Position numbers and translations under genes: made by a program. A stretch of DNA of 64,000 nt, taken from IMG/VR virus record IMGVR_UViG_3300023296_001674, one strand, 5' to 3'. Under the pieces are notes generated by a model, which worked only from the letters and a program-made list of their open reading frames with translations, did not search any database and was not told the origin of the DNA. The stretch's first letter is position 1. Each line of letters begins with the position of its first letter. This DNA is from a virus. Positions 39,239 to 48,347 of the stretch are shown here, piece by piece.

Positions 39239-40261
39239 ATGACTAATGCACTCACAACTGAAGATTTCATTCAACGTTCTATAGAAGCGCATAAGCCTTA
39301 TCACGAACATTATGATTATAGCAAAGCGATCTATATCAAAACAACTAAAAAAATAACAATTACATGTAAGTTTCATGGCGACTTCGAAGTTATTGCTGCT
39401 ACCCATCTAGGTGGTGCACATTGCAATAAGTGTAATAAAATGATTAATTCCATAATAAAAGAAGAAAATATTAGATTGCAAAAAATCGCTAACAATTATG
39501 AAATACAAGAAAAAGCAAAGGATTTCTACAACCGTGTTGATGAACGATTTGGTAGATTCAATTATAGTAAGAGTGTATTTGAAAATATGTCAACACCCAT
39601 TATAATAAAATGCACTTGGCATGGCGAATTTGAACAAACACCAAGTGTTCATTTAAGCCACCTTACAGGCTGTCCTGAGTGTAATCAGTTAGTTGCCAAG
39701 TGGCGTAACGATAGAACTACCCCAGCGTTCATTAAAAAGGCGAGAAAGGTGCATGGATGGCTATATGAATATGATAAAGTAGAATTTATTGATAATAAAA
39801 CACCCATTACTATCATTTGCCCAGACCATGGTGTATTCAACCAAACACCATCGAATCACTTAAGGGGTGGAGGATGCCAAAAATGTGGCGGAAGGTTTGG
39901 GGCGAAAGAAACTGAATGGATAGAATATATGGAAGAACGTATAGGTTATTCACTGGTCACCGACCACACTACCTTAAAGATGGCTGATGGCAAAGTATAC
40001 TTCCCTGATGCATATGATCCTGACACTAAAACAGTATATGAATTCGATGGTGATTACTACCATGGCAATCCAAATAGATATGCACCTGATCAAACGAACT
40101 ATACATCAAAGAAAACCATGGGTGAGCTATATGAAGCCACTCTCAAGAAAAAATCGGATTTAGAAACCAATGGCTATACTGTTTTGTCCATATGGGAAAG
40201 CGAATGGGATGCATTCAAGACGACTTTACCTGATAGATTTCCTAATATCAAAGCAGCATAA
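39239..40261 (+). CDS. homing-endonuclease-like protein: 3 zinc-ribbon repeats plus a C-terminal Vsr/PD-(D/E)xK-like nuclease domain
   Basis: C(K/T)xHGxF..Q(T)PS.HL...C..C repeated three times; C-terminal VYEFDGDYYHGNP...VLSIWESEWD. Confidence 0.55.
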   Translation: MTNALTTEDFIQRSIEAHKPYHEHYDYSKAIYIKTTKKITITCKFHGDFEVIAATHLGGAHCNKCNKMINSIIKEENIRLQKIANNYEIQEKAKDFYNRVDERFGRFNYSKSVFENMSTPIIIKCTWHGEFEQTPSVHLSHLTGCPECNQLVAKWRNDRTTPAFIKKARKVHGWLYEYDKVEFIDNKTPITIICPDHGVFNQTPSNHLRGGGCQKCGGRFGAKETEWIEYMEERIGYSLVTDHTTLKMADGKVYFPDAYDPDTKTVYEFDGDYYHGNPNRYAPDQTNYTSKKTMGELYEATLKKKSDLETNGYTVLSIWESEWDAFKTTLPDRFPNIKAA

Positions 40262-40435
40262 AAAATAAGCCAAATAAAAAATTTATCGCGGACGAGAAGT
40301 CACCCTCATACCCGTACTGTAATAGTATAACGATCCTATAAGTGTAAGGTAACAGCCACATGTGAATATATTCCTAGGAATTTTTTTCTATGTGTCATAG
40401 GAATATATACTCACGTATAAATTATAGGTAAAAAA

Positions 40436-40874
40436 TCACAGTGTGACAGAATAAGTGCGCCAACTTTCATCACAGTGTGAATGAAACTGGAAAAATCATC
40501 ACAGTGTGTGCATTTTGGAACACGTGTTTTGCTCACAGTGTGATATTTACCCTCACAGTGTGATTTTTTATCCTCACAGTGTGATATTTGGAACGCTTAT
40601 CTGCTCACAGTGTGATATTTACCCTCACAGTGTGATTTTTTATCCTCACAGTGTGATATTTACCCTCACAGTGTGATATTTACCCTCACAGTGTGATTTT
40701 TTATCCTCACAGTGTGATATTTGGAACGCTTATCTGCTCACAGTGTGATTTTTTATCCTCACAGTGTGATATTTACCCTCACAGTGTGATTTTTTATCCT
40801 CACAGTGTGATATTTACCCTCACAGTGTGATTTTTTATCCTCACAGTGTGATATTTGGAACACACACTGTGATG
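40436..40874 (+). repeat. array of 18 direct repeats of the near-palindrome TCACAGTGTGA (units of 20, 21 or 31 bp) plus one inverted copy; candidate origin or protein-binding array
   Basis: Alternating unit types A (..atatttaccc), B (..attttttatcc) and C (..atatttggaacgcttatctgc); no spacers. Confidence 0.85.
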
Positions 40875-41134
40875 AATGTGAATTATTGAATAACTGTCTC
40901 CACCATGTTCCATAACTGTCTCCACACTAGATATAGTGGGTGTTAATGTGTAATATAGTTGCGCATTATAATTTCGTCATACACTCACAAAGTAGAACAC
41001 TTATAGAACAAAGGTAGTTTTGAATTTTCCATAACAGATGTTATGCGATTCTAACGGGGTAAACAGTGAACATAGGTGGAACATTTGTATCATACATAGT
41101 CCATATTGGTTTGATATGCATTATATATAATACA

Positions 41135-41163
41135 TTGTCATAAGTGTTATACTGTGATATAAT
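41135..41163 (+). promoter_or_regulatory. promoter TTGTCA-N17-TATAAT
   Basis: Upstream of 41169. Confidence 0.45.
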
Positions 41164-41168
41164 GTATC

Positions 41169-41384
41169 ATGGGATTAATACTGAATAGAATAGCGTATAG
41201 CAAAAATAATTGTTATAGGATAAATTACACATATAATGGAGATATGGTGTCCAATGATGGATGGGTTGAGATGTCTTTATTTACGTTTGGCAGGCAAGTT
41301 GAACACAATTGGATAACTATGGATATGTTATTGGATATGATCAACATTGATTATGAAGTATCTATAAGTGTGGCACAGTTATGA
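41169..41384 (+). CDS. small protein of the ...ISVAQL family
   Basis: Ends VSISVAQL; stop overlaps the repeat TGTGGCACAGTTATGAG. Confidence 0.5.
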   Translation: MGLILNRIAYSKNNCYRINYTYNGDMVSNDGWVEMSLFTFGRQVEHNWITMDMLLDMINIDYEVSISVAQL

Positions 41385-41722
41385 GAGATTTAACGGGTGA
41401 GATATTAAAAAGCATAGAGGAATTGATTAATACTACATTACCGGATACACCGGAACGCAAAAGGGTTTCTGCACTTGGTGATGAAATACTTGATACATTA
41501 AGAATTCATCATGATATTGTAACGACGGTATATATAGTGAAGACGTTATATATAAAGAAAGATAATGGTAAGTATATTGTCATCAATAAAATGTTTAATG
41601 GTACAATATGTATATATAAGTATGACACTATTCTTGACATAGTTAAGTTTGGTAAATTTGGATTAGATGAACTCATGAAAATGGATAACACATATGAAGA
41701 TTCGGTTGTGGCACAGTTATGA
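41381..41722 (+). CDS. small protein ending ...SVVAQL
   Basis: Start and stop both lie inside the junction repeat. Confidence 0.5.
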   Translation: MRDLTGEILKSIEELINTTLPDTPERKRVSALGDEILDTLRIHHDIVTTVYIVKTLYIKKDNGKYIVINKMFNGTICIYKYDTILDIVKFGKFGLDELMKMDNTYEDSVVAQL

Positions 41723-41871
41723 GACTACTTAATGAAGATCAATTGGAAGAACTTATGGATGCGATGATCAGGGATATGGTGGAGTATGAACTTACGGGTA
41801 TTGAGGTATTGTTTTGGATGATAGAAGAAATACCACAACTTGAAGCTATGGTATATATACGCAATGAATGA
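41719..41871 (+). CDS. small acidic protein
   Basis: Starts at the ATG of junction repeat copy 41706-41722. Confidence 0.4.
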   Translation: MRLLNEDQLEELMDAMIRDMVEYELTGIEVLFWMIEEIPQLEAMVYIRNE

Positions 41872-42166
41872 AGATGATCGATGGATGATACAGAAGACGA
41901 TGATACGGAAGGTTCCATTACCGGTTAAGCGTCGTGTTATGCCGACAGTTATTGCGAATAACGTAGTTGGTGTATCACCGATGGCTCCACCGGTTAAGTC
42001 TATTCATACGATGCGGTTTGAGGATTACAGTGATTTAGAGATGGAAGAGGTTTTATACCGGTTGATTTTTGGCGGGACGGGACATTATTATCAGGTATGG
42101 TTATTCAATGAAGTTATTGATAATGATATGATGGTTAACAGGGATGTATCAATTGGCAACGTTTGA
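41864..42166 (+). CDS. hypothetical protein
   Basis: ATGAATGA overlap with the upstream ORF. Confidence 0.4.
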   Translation: MNEDDRWMIQKTMIRKVPLPVKRRVMPTVIANNVVGVSPMAPPVKSIHTMRFEDYSDLEMEEVLYRLIFGGTGHYYQVWLFNEVIDNDMMVNRDVSIGNV

Positions 42167-42413
42167 TGTTAGTAAGTTTAATAAGTTTAGGGTGCCAGTT
42201 GATAACCATAAAGGTATGTTACATTCTGGTATAAATGTGTATACGAACCCGTATATAAGATTGTTATCATCGCGCAATGCGCCGATTGAAGATTTAATAA
42301 TAGTGATATTGAGAAATTCTATTGGTGTTGGTCAAGAAGCATTATTTAAACATATAAATCCACCGGTATTGGATAGCCATGTTACTATAGAACCCATAGG
42401 TGTTGATGAATAG
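42144..42413 (+). CDS. hypothetical protein
   Basis: ORF ends in TAG. Confidence 0.45.
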   Translation: MYQLATFDVSKFNKFRVPVDNHKGMLHSGINVYTNPYIRLLSSRNAPIEDLIIVILRNSIGVGQEALFKHINPPVLDSHVTIEPIGVDE

Positions 42414-42510
42414 GTCTTATGGGTTTCATAGGTCTTGAGCCATAGGTTTCATAGCATAGGTGCTATGGGTTTCATAGCATAGGTGCTATGGGTTTCATAG
42501 GAATAAAGCT
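42411..42510 (+). repeat. tandem CATAGG-containing repeats (two perfect 23-bp units, tagcataggtgctatgggtttca, plus degenerate copies)
   Basis: Hairpin-forming CCATAGGTGCTATGG also forms a terminator at 58898-58921. Confidence 0.6.
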
Positions 42511-42520
42511 ATAGGAGTTA

Positions 42521-42832
42521 TTGATGGCAATAAATGATAGCAAATTACGCGGGGTGATTAAGTATACTATAGTTACGGATGATGGAGGGAAACCGATGAC
42601 AAAGTTATTAGAAACTACTTGGGGAGAAGCCAAACGTGCATTAATGGAGGATCGTCGTTACACTGTCACTTATAAAGGATTTTCACATGTTGGTGACACT
42701 TATATAGATGCAATGTTACAATTAGTTCGATGGCGCAGTTTGGCGCGTGATGCTACTAATATGCATGAAGAACTGTTTGATATATTGAGTTCATATATAA
42801 TTGAACGGGATGTATCGATAAGTGTCTTATAG
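42521..42832 (+). CDS. hypothetical protein ending ...VSISVL
   Basis: 103-aa ORF. Confidence 0.5.
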   Translation: MMAINDSKLRGVIKYTIVTDDGGKPMTKLLETTWGEAKRALMEDRRYTVTYKGFSHVGDTYIDAMLQLVRWRSLARDATNMHEELFDILSSYIIERDVSISVL

Positions 42833-43028
42833 ATTATTGATGATATTATTAGAATATCGTGCAGAGTTAGTATATCCATATACATATGAAGTATTAACAC
42901 AAAGTAATACATCATATGTCCGTGTGACTAAAAAGCAGGAAGTTTTATGTGATATAATTGCGTCGCAGGAAAATTTATCGAAAATTATTTTTATAAATTG
43001 CGGAGAAATTTTAATTTCGGAGATTTGA
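42822..43028 (+). CDS. small hypothetical protein
   Basis: ORF. Confidence 0.35.
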   Translation: MSYRLLMILLEYRAELVYPYTYEVLTQSNTSYVRVTKKQEVLCDIIASQENLSKIIFINCGEILISEI

Positions 43029-43029
43029 A

Positions 43030-43125
43030 AATCCGTTCTTGTTTTGTTCTGAATTTTTATTTGTTCTTGTTTTGTTCACGATCTGTTCTATGTTCTACTT
43101 TTGTTCTTGTTTTGTTCTAATTTCC
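43030..43125 (+). repeat. three copies of GTTCTTGTTTTGTTC within a GTTCT-rich tract
   Basis: ccgttcttgttttgttc / ttgttcttgttttgttc / ttgttcttgttttgttc. Confidence 0.5.
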
Positions 43126-43271
43126 TATTTTTCCTTTTTTCAAATATGACTGTTTCCTCCTTGACCCCAAGATACCAGATTTTGACCGTCCTGTCAAGTC
43201 TTTTCTTTAGTCCAGTTAGTTGATAGTTGGCACACTTATTGCTGTCGCATGAATCGCGCCAAAATAAGTGC

Positions 43272-43300
43272 TTGACAAATTTTTTACTTGGGGGTATAGT
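43272..43300 (+). promoter_or_regulatory. promoter TTGACA-N17-TATAGT
   Basis: aagtgcTTGACAaattttttacttgggggTATAGT. Confidence 0.55.
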
Positions 43301-43305
43301 TAAGA

Positions 43306-43357
43306 TAGGGAGGGATGAGTGAAATTTAAAATCCAAAAAAAACTCATCCCTCCCTAC
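43306..43357 (+). repeat. perfect hairpin formed by both arms of the 26-bp GGGAGGGATGAGT element
   Basis: TAGGGAGGGATGAGT...ACTCATCCCTCCCTA with a 14-bp stem. Confidence 0.7.
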
Positions 43358-43456
43358 GGTCAGTTTAGCACGTATTGAAAAGATGGTCAAGTGTTTATTT
43401 CATTTTTTTGTATAATTGTGATATAGTGGGGCACTTATATAAGGAGTGAATAGAAA

Positions 43457-43612
43457 TTGAAAACGTGTGAATATTGTGAAAGGGAAGTGGTTAGTGAAAT
43501 TCCCAAGGAGTCTGGCAAGGGTCGATGTTGTGGTATAGAATGTGGGCACCGTATAATATATGGTATATGGGATGAAGATTGCAGGCAGGTTATTGTTGAA
43601 GAAACTGATTGA
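43457..43612 (+). CDS. small Cys-rich zinc-binding protein (TTG start)
   Basis: TAAGGAG RBS 10 nt upstream of TTG; CEYC...CCGIECGH. Confidence 0.4.
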   Translation: MKTCEYCEREVVSEIPKESGKGRCCGIECGHRIIYGIWDEDCRQVIVEETD

Positions 43613-43665
43613 CATATAGAATGGGTGTGGTATGTATAGATCATCATTAACCAAAGGAGATTATT

Positions 43666-43905
43666 ATGTCTAAAGCTATTATATCGCATCGCGCCATTTC
43701 TGATATGTGTATTGGCATATTGAAGAATCAATCCAAGACGGCATTTACATTGGGCGAGTTCCAACAAGTGGCGGTTCCTATTATACAGACGGTGTTCCCT
43801 AACAACAACACTGTAAAGGATACGACACGTTATTCTTTACAGCAGTTACGCGACGCTGGTGTTGTTCGGTTTGTTGACGACGCTGGTATCTACAAAATTC
43901 TTTAA
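43666..43905 (+). CDS. small putative DNA-binding protein
   Basis: RBS AAGGAG; ORF of 79 aa. Confidence 0.5.
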   Translation: MSKAIISHRAISDMCIGILKNQSKTAFTLGEFQQVAVPIIQTVFPNNNTVKDTTRYSLQQLRDAGVVRFVDDAGIYKIL

Positions 43906-43969
43906 TCCTTGACGTCATAAGTTAAGTGTGATATGGTGCAATTAGATTGTTTGAACGGAAGGAACTATT

Positions 43970-44125
43970 ATGGATCGTGAAGCACTTATAGAATTTCTCA
44001 AAGAAGAGATGGAACTTGAACTTAGCATTAGTGGTCAATACCGCAATGCATTATGTGTTGAGATTAAAATCGGTGGCGAGTCGATAAGCTCGGATATCAT
44101 TTCTGTTTCTGAATTCACGGATTGA
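43970..44125 (+). CDS. small acidic protein
   Basis: Promoter TTGACG-N17-TATGGT upstream; RBS GGAAGGAA. Confidence 0.4.
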   Translation: MDREALIEFLKEEMELELSISGQYRNALCVEIKIGGESISSDIISVSEFTD

Positions 44126-44135
44126 AAGAAAACTC

Positions 44136-44342
44136 ATGGCTGATATGTATAACTATCATTTTGTGATGTCTAGTTACTCGCATACTGATAGGCGGCAATT
44201 GTGGCAAGTATGTTCTAAGCCATTTATACGGCAAGCAGACGCAGATACATGGATGGAATATATGCAAAGCGAAGAACCAAAAAAAGAGTTCTTTGTAATT
44301 GATCGCGAAATGCCACGTCACCATGATGAAAAATTTGATTAG
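44136..44342 (+). CDS. small hypothetical protein
   Basis: ORF. Confidence 0.45.
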   Translation: MADMYNYHFVMSSYSHTDRRQLWQVCSKPFIRQADADTWMEYMQSEEPKKEFFVIDREMPRHHDEKFD

Positions 44343-44499
44343 GTGGTTGACGTCATACATTAAGTGTGATATGGTGCAGTTATAATCTGATAGTTTCTGT
44401 TATGCCTTTCTTCAAAACATGAGGCACGTGATACAATTCATCCTGCAAATGGTAATGTTGGGAACTATCAGATTAGTAAATTTTTGAAAGGAATTTATT

Positions 44500-44658
44500 A
44501 TGTCACGATCACGGCGGAAAGTTAAAGATATCAAATGGCAGAAAGGGAAAGTGTGTCCTAAGTGTCGAAAGGGTAATTTGGTTGGTTGTGGTCAATCCAA
44601 GAAGAAAGGACACGAGAAGTGTGTTTTTTGTAGTGTTTGCAAGGTGGCTAATTTTTAA
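44500..44658 (+). CDS. small basic zinc-ribbon protein (CPKCRKG...CVFCSVC)
   Basis: RBS GAAAGGAA; 52 aa. Confidence 0.45.
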   Translation: MSRSRRKVKDIKWQKGKVCPKCRKGNLVGCGQSKKKGHEKCVFCSVCKVANF

Positions 44659-44673
44659 TGGAAAGGAACCAAC

Positions 44674-44904
44674 ATGCCTAATGTATTGACGGTATTGAAT
44701 ATCAACAGTCCTTATGATGACACGGTGTCATTGCATACTGATTGGCAGGGTGCTTATGAATCAATGGTTGACATGTTGCAATTATGTCATGTTGATTGTT
44801 CAAACATCAATCTTGAAGAGTCTGAGATCGATTTTGAACTTGAAGACAACAAGGGCGAGTTATGGAAATGCACTATTCATTGTGATGTTGCAGTTCCCAC
44901 TTGA
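44674..44904 (+). CDS. small hypothetical protein
   Basis: RBS GGAAAGGAAC. Confidence 0.5.
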   Translation: MPNVLTVLNINSPYDDTVSLHTDWQGAYESMVDMLQLCHVDCSNINLEESEIDFELEDNKGELWKCTIHCDVAVPT

Positions 44905-44958
44905 CACTTATTATAAGTGTGATATGGTGCAGTTAAATTGAATGGAAAGGAATATACA

Positions 44959-45156
44959 ATGATGCTCACAAAAACGAAAACGGTTGATACACTTATTGAT
45001 GCGTTTAATGCGTCGGATTCACCCTCGGATCGATATGCAATTGGTAGTGCATTACGTAGCGAACTGGCGAATTTTGTTAAAAACCTTGATGAAACGATTT
45101 TGCCGATTTATCATAAGTGCGTTGTTGCCGATGTTCTTAAACCGATTAAGGGATAA
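44959..45156 (+). CDS. small hypothetical protein
   Basis: Promoter TTGACA-N17-TATGGT; RBS GGAAAGGAA. Confidence 0.5.
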   Translation: MMLTKTKTVDTLIDAFNASDSPSDRYAIGSALRSELANFVKNLDETILPIYHKCVVADVLKPIKG

Positions 45157-45161
45157 GGGCA

Positions 45162-45443
45162 ATGGTAAGCGTTGTTGAAAAAAGTGGCATCCGGTTTGTA
45201 TGTCGTAAGCCAGCAAAGCAAGGCACGTATCTTTGTGTTGACACGGTTGATTTATATGCCAAGGGGTTAACGATTGGTCCTATACAAACGGCATTTATCA
45301 GTGAGAATTGGACATTGCGTTCGGTTAATTTAACTGTGAATGTGGAGAGGTGGTTGACGCGTAGTGGGCATATTCGCAAAGATTATAAGCGGCTGCATTT
45401 TTCTGAAAAAACGATTGAAGAATTGTTAGGAGATAAAAAATGA
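45162..45443 (+). CDS. hypothetical protein
   Basis: ORF. Confidence 0.5.
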   Translation: MVSVVEKSGIRFVCRKPAKQGTYLCVDTVDLYAKGLTIGPIQTAFISENWTLRSVNLTVNVERWLTRSGHIRKDYKRLHFSEKTIEELLGDKK

Positions 45444-45919
45444 GAGTTAATTCGTTTGATTATTTAACAAGTCGTTTGGATCAGTTATCGAAAGATCGCG
45501 GCTCTCAGTCAAGCAATACTACGAGCGCATTGTGTAACGTGTTCAATATTATGGGATCAATCACCTTTAATGAAATATATGAAGGGTTGGTTGATTATAC
45601 GAACACAAATCACATGAAATCGGACGACGGATTTGATCGTTTTCATGGTTGTGTTGGTGAAGGGTTTCATAAGTATTTCAGGCAAATTGATATGTTTGAA
45701 GATTATCAACGACCCGACGGCGAAGAAATTGGTGGTTATTTGGATATGATTGCGTGGCATCTTATTGCTGGTAATAAAGCATTTTGGACTGTGTTTGCGG
45801 AACTTAGTTGGATTCATCATGAACTCACTAAGAATCCAGACCTTAATGTTGTTCGGTTGATTCGTGATGTTCGTAATGACGTTGAAGATTATTATGAAGA
45901 TCAAAAGAAAAAAGATTGA
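45440..45919 (+). CDS. hypothetical protein
   Basis: ATGA overlap. Confidence 0.55.
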   Translation: MRVNSFDYLTSRLDQLSKDRGSQSSNTTSALCNVFNIMGSITFNEIYEGLVDYTNTNHMKSDDGFDRFHGCVGEGFHKYFRQIDMFEDYQRPDGEEIGGYLDMIAWHLIAGNKAFWTVFAELSWIHHELTKNPDLNVVRLIRDVRNDVEDYYEDQKKKD

Positions 45920-46104
45920 CATAATTGTCACACTGTTGTATAGTTAGATTATAGAAATTCACGCGTATATGTTCGGTGAGTTTTTCCAGCGAAACCTTTC
46001 TAAAAAATGCCTCACTGATCCTTTCACAGTGGGGCATTTTTTTGTCTTGACATATATGAATGATTGGGTTATCATGGTATACTTAACAATAAAGGGAATA
46101 TTAC

Positions 46105-46638
46105 ATGAGTGATGATACGATAGACTTTCCGGGAACTACGTCTAAAGCTCCGTCGAATGATCATGGTCCAATTATTGATTATAATACATTGATTCGTGCT
46201 GCTCATTTGAATGTTGTTAAAGACGCGATTCAAATCGTTTCGGATACTGGTCCTGCTGAATTCTTTAATATCAATATTACTTATGATTTGATGCACCCTG
46301 ATTCGGTATCTGAAGAATGGTTGTGGAAGAAATATCCTGAGAAGATTACCATTATACTTAACAACCAATATGAAAACTTACACGTTGAGGACACTGGCTT
46401 TCGTGTCACCTTACATTTCGGTGGTTCTCCGGTTGCGTTGTTTGTTCCGTTTGATTCTATACTCAGTTATGTTGATATGGTTACGCGGGTTATGTTTTCG
46501 TTTGAAGACCCACATGCTAATGAACCAGTTGACAATCCATTTGAATCGGTTGATACGCCAGATATTAAATTGGTTCCTGATGCTGGCGCGGAAGTTATAT
46601 CGTTGGACGCATTTAGGGATAAGAATAAAAAGGATTGA
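46105..46638 (+). CDS. SspB-like protein (stringent starvation protein B / ClpXP adaptor fold)
   Basis: IILNNQYENLHVEDTGFRVTLHFGGSPVALFVPFDSILSYVD resembles the SspB core (..NIAPRAVGNLELANDEVRFNARFGGIPRQVSVPLAAVLAIY). Confidence 0.5.
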   Translation: MSDDTIDFPGTTSKAPSNDHGPIIDYNTLIRAAHLNVVKDAIQIVSDTGPAEFFNINITYDLMHPDSVSEEWLWKKYPEKITIILNNQYENLHVEDTGFRVTLHFGGSPVALFVPFDSILSYVDMVTRVMFSFEDPHANEPVDNPFESVDTPDIKLVPDAGAEVISLDAFRDKNKKD

Positions 46639-46689
46639 CACCTCCTATAACTGTGCTATGTTAATCATGAATAGTTGAAAGGATTCACA

Positions 46690-47139
46690 ATGGCTGACAA
46701 TAACAACAAGATTACGTTTGCATTTAATTTGTCCGATCTTCCTATGATGGCGGATGCGATGTCGATTGCTGGTTGCACTGCTATGTTATGCGGTCAACCT
46801 GCTGCACAGAAACGTTGTGATGAAATCAAAGAAATGATTGAAGCCCACATCCCTCCTATACTTAATTTGATTGATGGTGAAGAGTGGATTAATATTGTTT
46901 TGCTTTTGGGCAAATCTACCAAATGGAATGTGTATGAGGGTGGTAGCAGTTGGTCGCGGCATACCCGTTATTACAAAATCATCATTGATGATAAAGTATG
47001 GCAATCGAAGGGATGGATTGACGATAAAGTTTCTAAAACAGAACGTGCTGCCAATATCGCTGGCTTGGTTGAAGCATTGGACTCTATGGCACCATTGACG
47101 ACTGAGCGTGATGGCACATTGATTGGTGATGAATTATGA
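46690..47139 (+). CDS. hypothetical protein
   Basis: Leader TTGAAAGGA-N6-ATG. Confidence 0.55.
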   Translation: MADNNNKITFAFNLSDLPMMADAMSIAGCTAMLCGQPAAQKRCDEIKEMIEAHIPPILNLIDGEEWINIVLLLGKSTKWNVYEGGSSWSRHTRYYKIIIDDKVWQSKGWIDDKVSKTERAANIAGLVEALDSMAPLTTERDGTLIGDEL

Positions 47140-47399
47140 CTGATAGAATGAAAAAAAAGGGATATCACCTCCATATTGCGATAGCGTCATTAGTTGTTCT
47201 AGTGATGATCGTCATCGGTGCCGATGCGTTATATGAAACGGGATATAACCACGGCGTCGCGGATACTGATGTCCCTATCATAACGTCTTGCAAGGCTCCG
47301 GTCAAGTATAACAAGATCGAACCGGAACGTATGCCAAAAGTGTTGAATTGTCCATCCACCTTTACGATACTTGCACCGCCTGAAAAAATAAAAGATTGA
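47136..47399 (+). CDS. small membrane protein
   Basis: TM helix HLHIAIASLVVLVMIVIGA. Confidence 0.5.
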   Translation: MTDRMKKKGYHLHIAIASLVVLVMIVIGADALYETGYNHGVADTDVPIITSCKAPVKYNKIEPERMPKVLNCPSTFTILAPPEKIKD

Positions 47400-47453
47400 C
47401 ATCGTCATAGATTGATGTATGATTGGTTCAGTTAAACATTGAAAGGAAATGTT

Positions 47454-47720
47454 ATGAGCAAATTAAAAGAATACGTTGACATGAAAGTTAATTTTATGGC
47501 TAAGTTCAATGACCAGCGATTGATTGATGTTGACAATCTAACTGAGGCAGATGCAAGTCGTATCTATGCTTCATTGGATAATGATTTGTCGCCGGAAAAT
47601 CTTGAGCGTGATGGAGAAGCAACCCGCGCAGAGATTCGTGATAAAAAGGCTTTATTCACTGGAGCGATGTATGTACTTAACTCACTAGGGTTCGTGCATC
47701 CACAATCACGTTATGGCTGA
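47454..47720 (+). CDS. small hypothetical protein
   Basis: Leader TTGAAAGGAAATGTTATG. Confidence 0.5.
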   Translation: MSKLKEYVDMKVNFMAKFNDQRLIDVDNLTEADASRIYASLDNDLSPENLERDGEATRAEIRDKKALFTGAMYVLNSLGFVHPQSRYG

Positions 47721-48336
47721 AACACTTATACAGGAGAAACACGTGAACTTTTTTAAACGAGCGATTAAATACATCCGCCTCAAGTGGGCAATCATATCTT
47801 TAGATGGCGAGGCGATGGTTTCGTATGATCGTCTAATGGGTTTCGCTAGTGGCATGAGTGCCTCGATCAAAGAAGCCCAAGATGCACAAGAAAAAAACGC
47901 AATCGTTCGCGAGGAACTTGCCAAAGAAATGGATGAGGCGAGCGAAAAATTGATACGTGCAATGCGCGTACCCAATATTGTTCCCGATGATAATGTCATT
48001 TTTGATGAAAATGGATCACCAATTTATTTAGCGGTTAAACCACCTCGCCAAGGCGTGCCAGACATTGACACCACTGGTATGACCTTTGAAGAAATTGGTA
48101 AGGCGATTGATATTGAACATCATTCAATTGCGGCTCTTGGAACATACAATGGAAAAATGTATACGCAAAAACAGCGGGTTTTCTTACAGTTGACCAACTT
48201 GGGTTATGTCACCACCAACGACGCAAAGGTGATGGGTATCAAATGCCTAAGTGCGCGAATATGTGAACTGCGCCAAGATGGTATTGATATCATGACTCAG
48301 CCTGAAGACGGATATACTTCTTATCAATTAGTATAA
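47713..48336 (+). CDS. hypothetical protein; the C-terminus may be a winged-helix DNA-binding domain
   Basis: 207-aa ORF. Confidence 0.5.
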   Translation: MAETLIQEKHVNFFKRAIKYIRLKWAIISLDGEAMVSYDRLMGFASGMSASIKEAQDAQEKNAIVREELAKEMDEASEKLIRAMRVPNIVPDDNVIFDENGSPIYLAVKPPRQGVPDIDTTGMTFEEIGKAIDIEHHSIAALGTYNGKMYTQKQRVFLQLTNLGYVTTNDAKVMGIKCLSARICELRQDGIDIMTQPEDGYTSYQLV

Positions 48337-48347
48337 AGGATAATATC

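Noticed and set aside
40436-40874. The repeat array as a CRISPR array
   Set aside because: Repeats are 11-21 bp and directly abutting. There are no unique spacers and no cas genes, so this is not CRISPR.
40436-40874. The motif TTATCCTCACA in the array as DnaA boxes (TTATNCACA)
   Set aside because: It does not fit the 9-mer consensus because of an extra base. The CRP-like half-sites TCACA and TGTGA describe it better.
19285-41725. TGGCACAGTTATGAG as a sigma54 (-24/-12) promoter
   Set aside because: The -12 element would be TGAG rather than TTGC(A/T). The repeat is better explained as a coding junction cassette.
43088-43390. Minus-strand 100-aa ORF
   Set aside because: It covers the GTTCT repeats, a promoter and the 14-bp hairpin element, so the region is regulatory.
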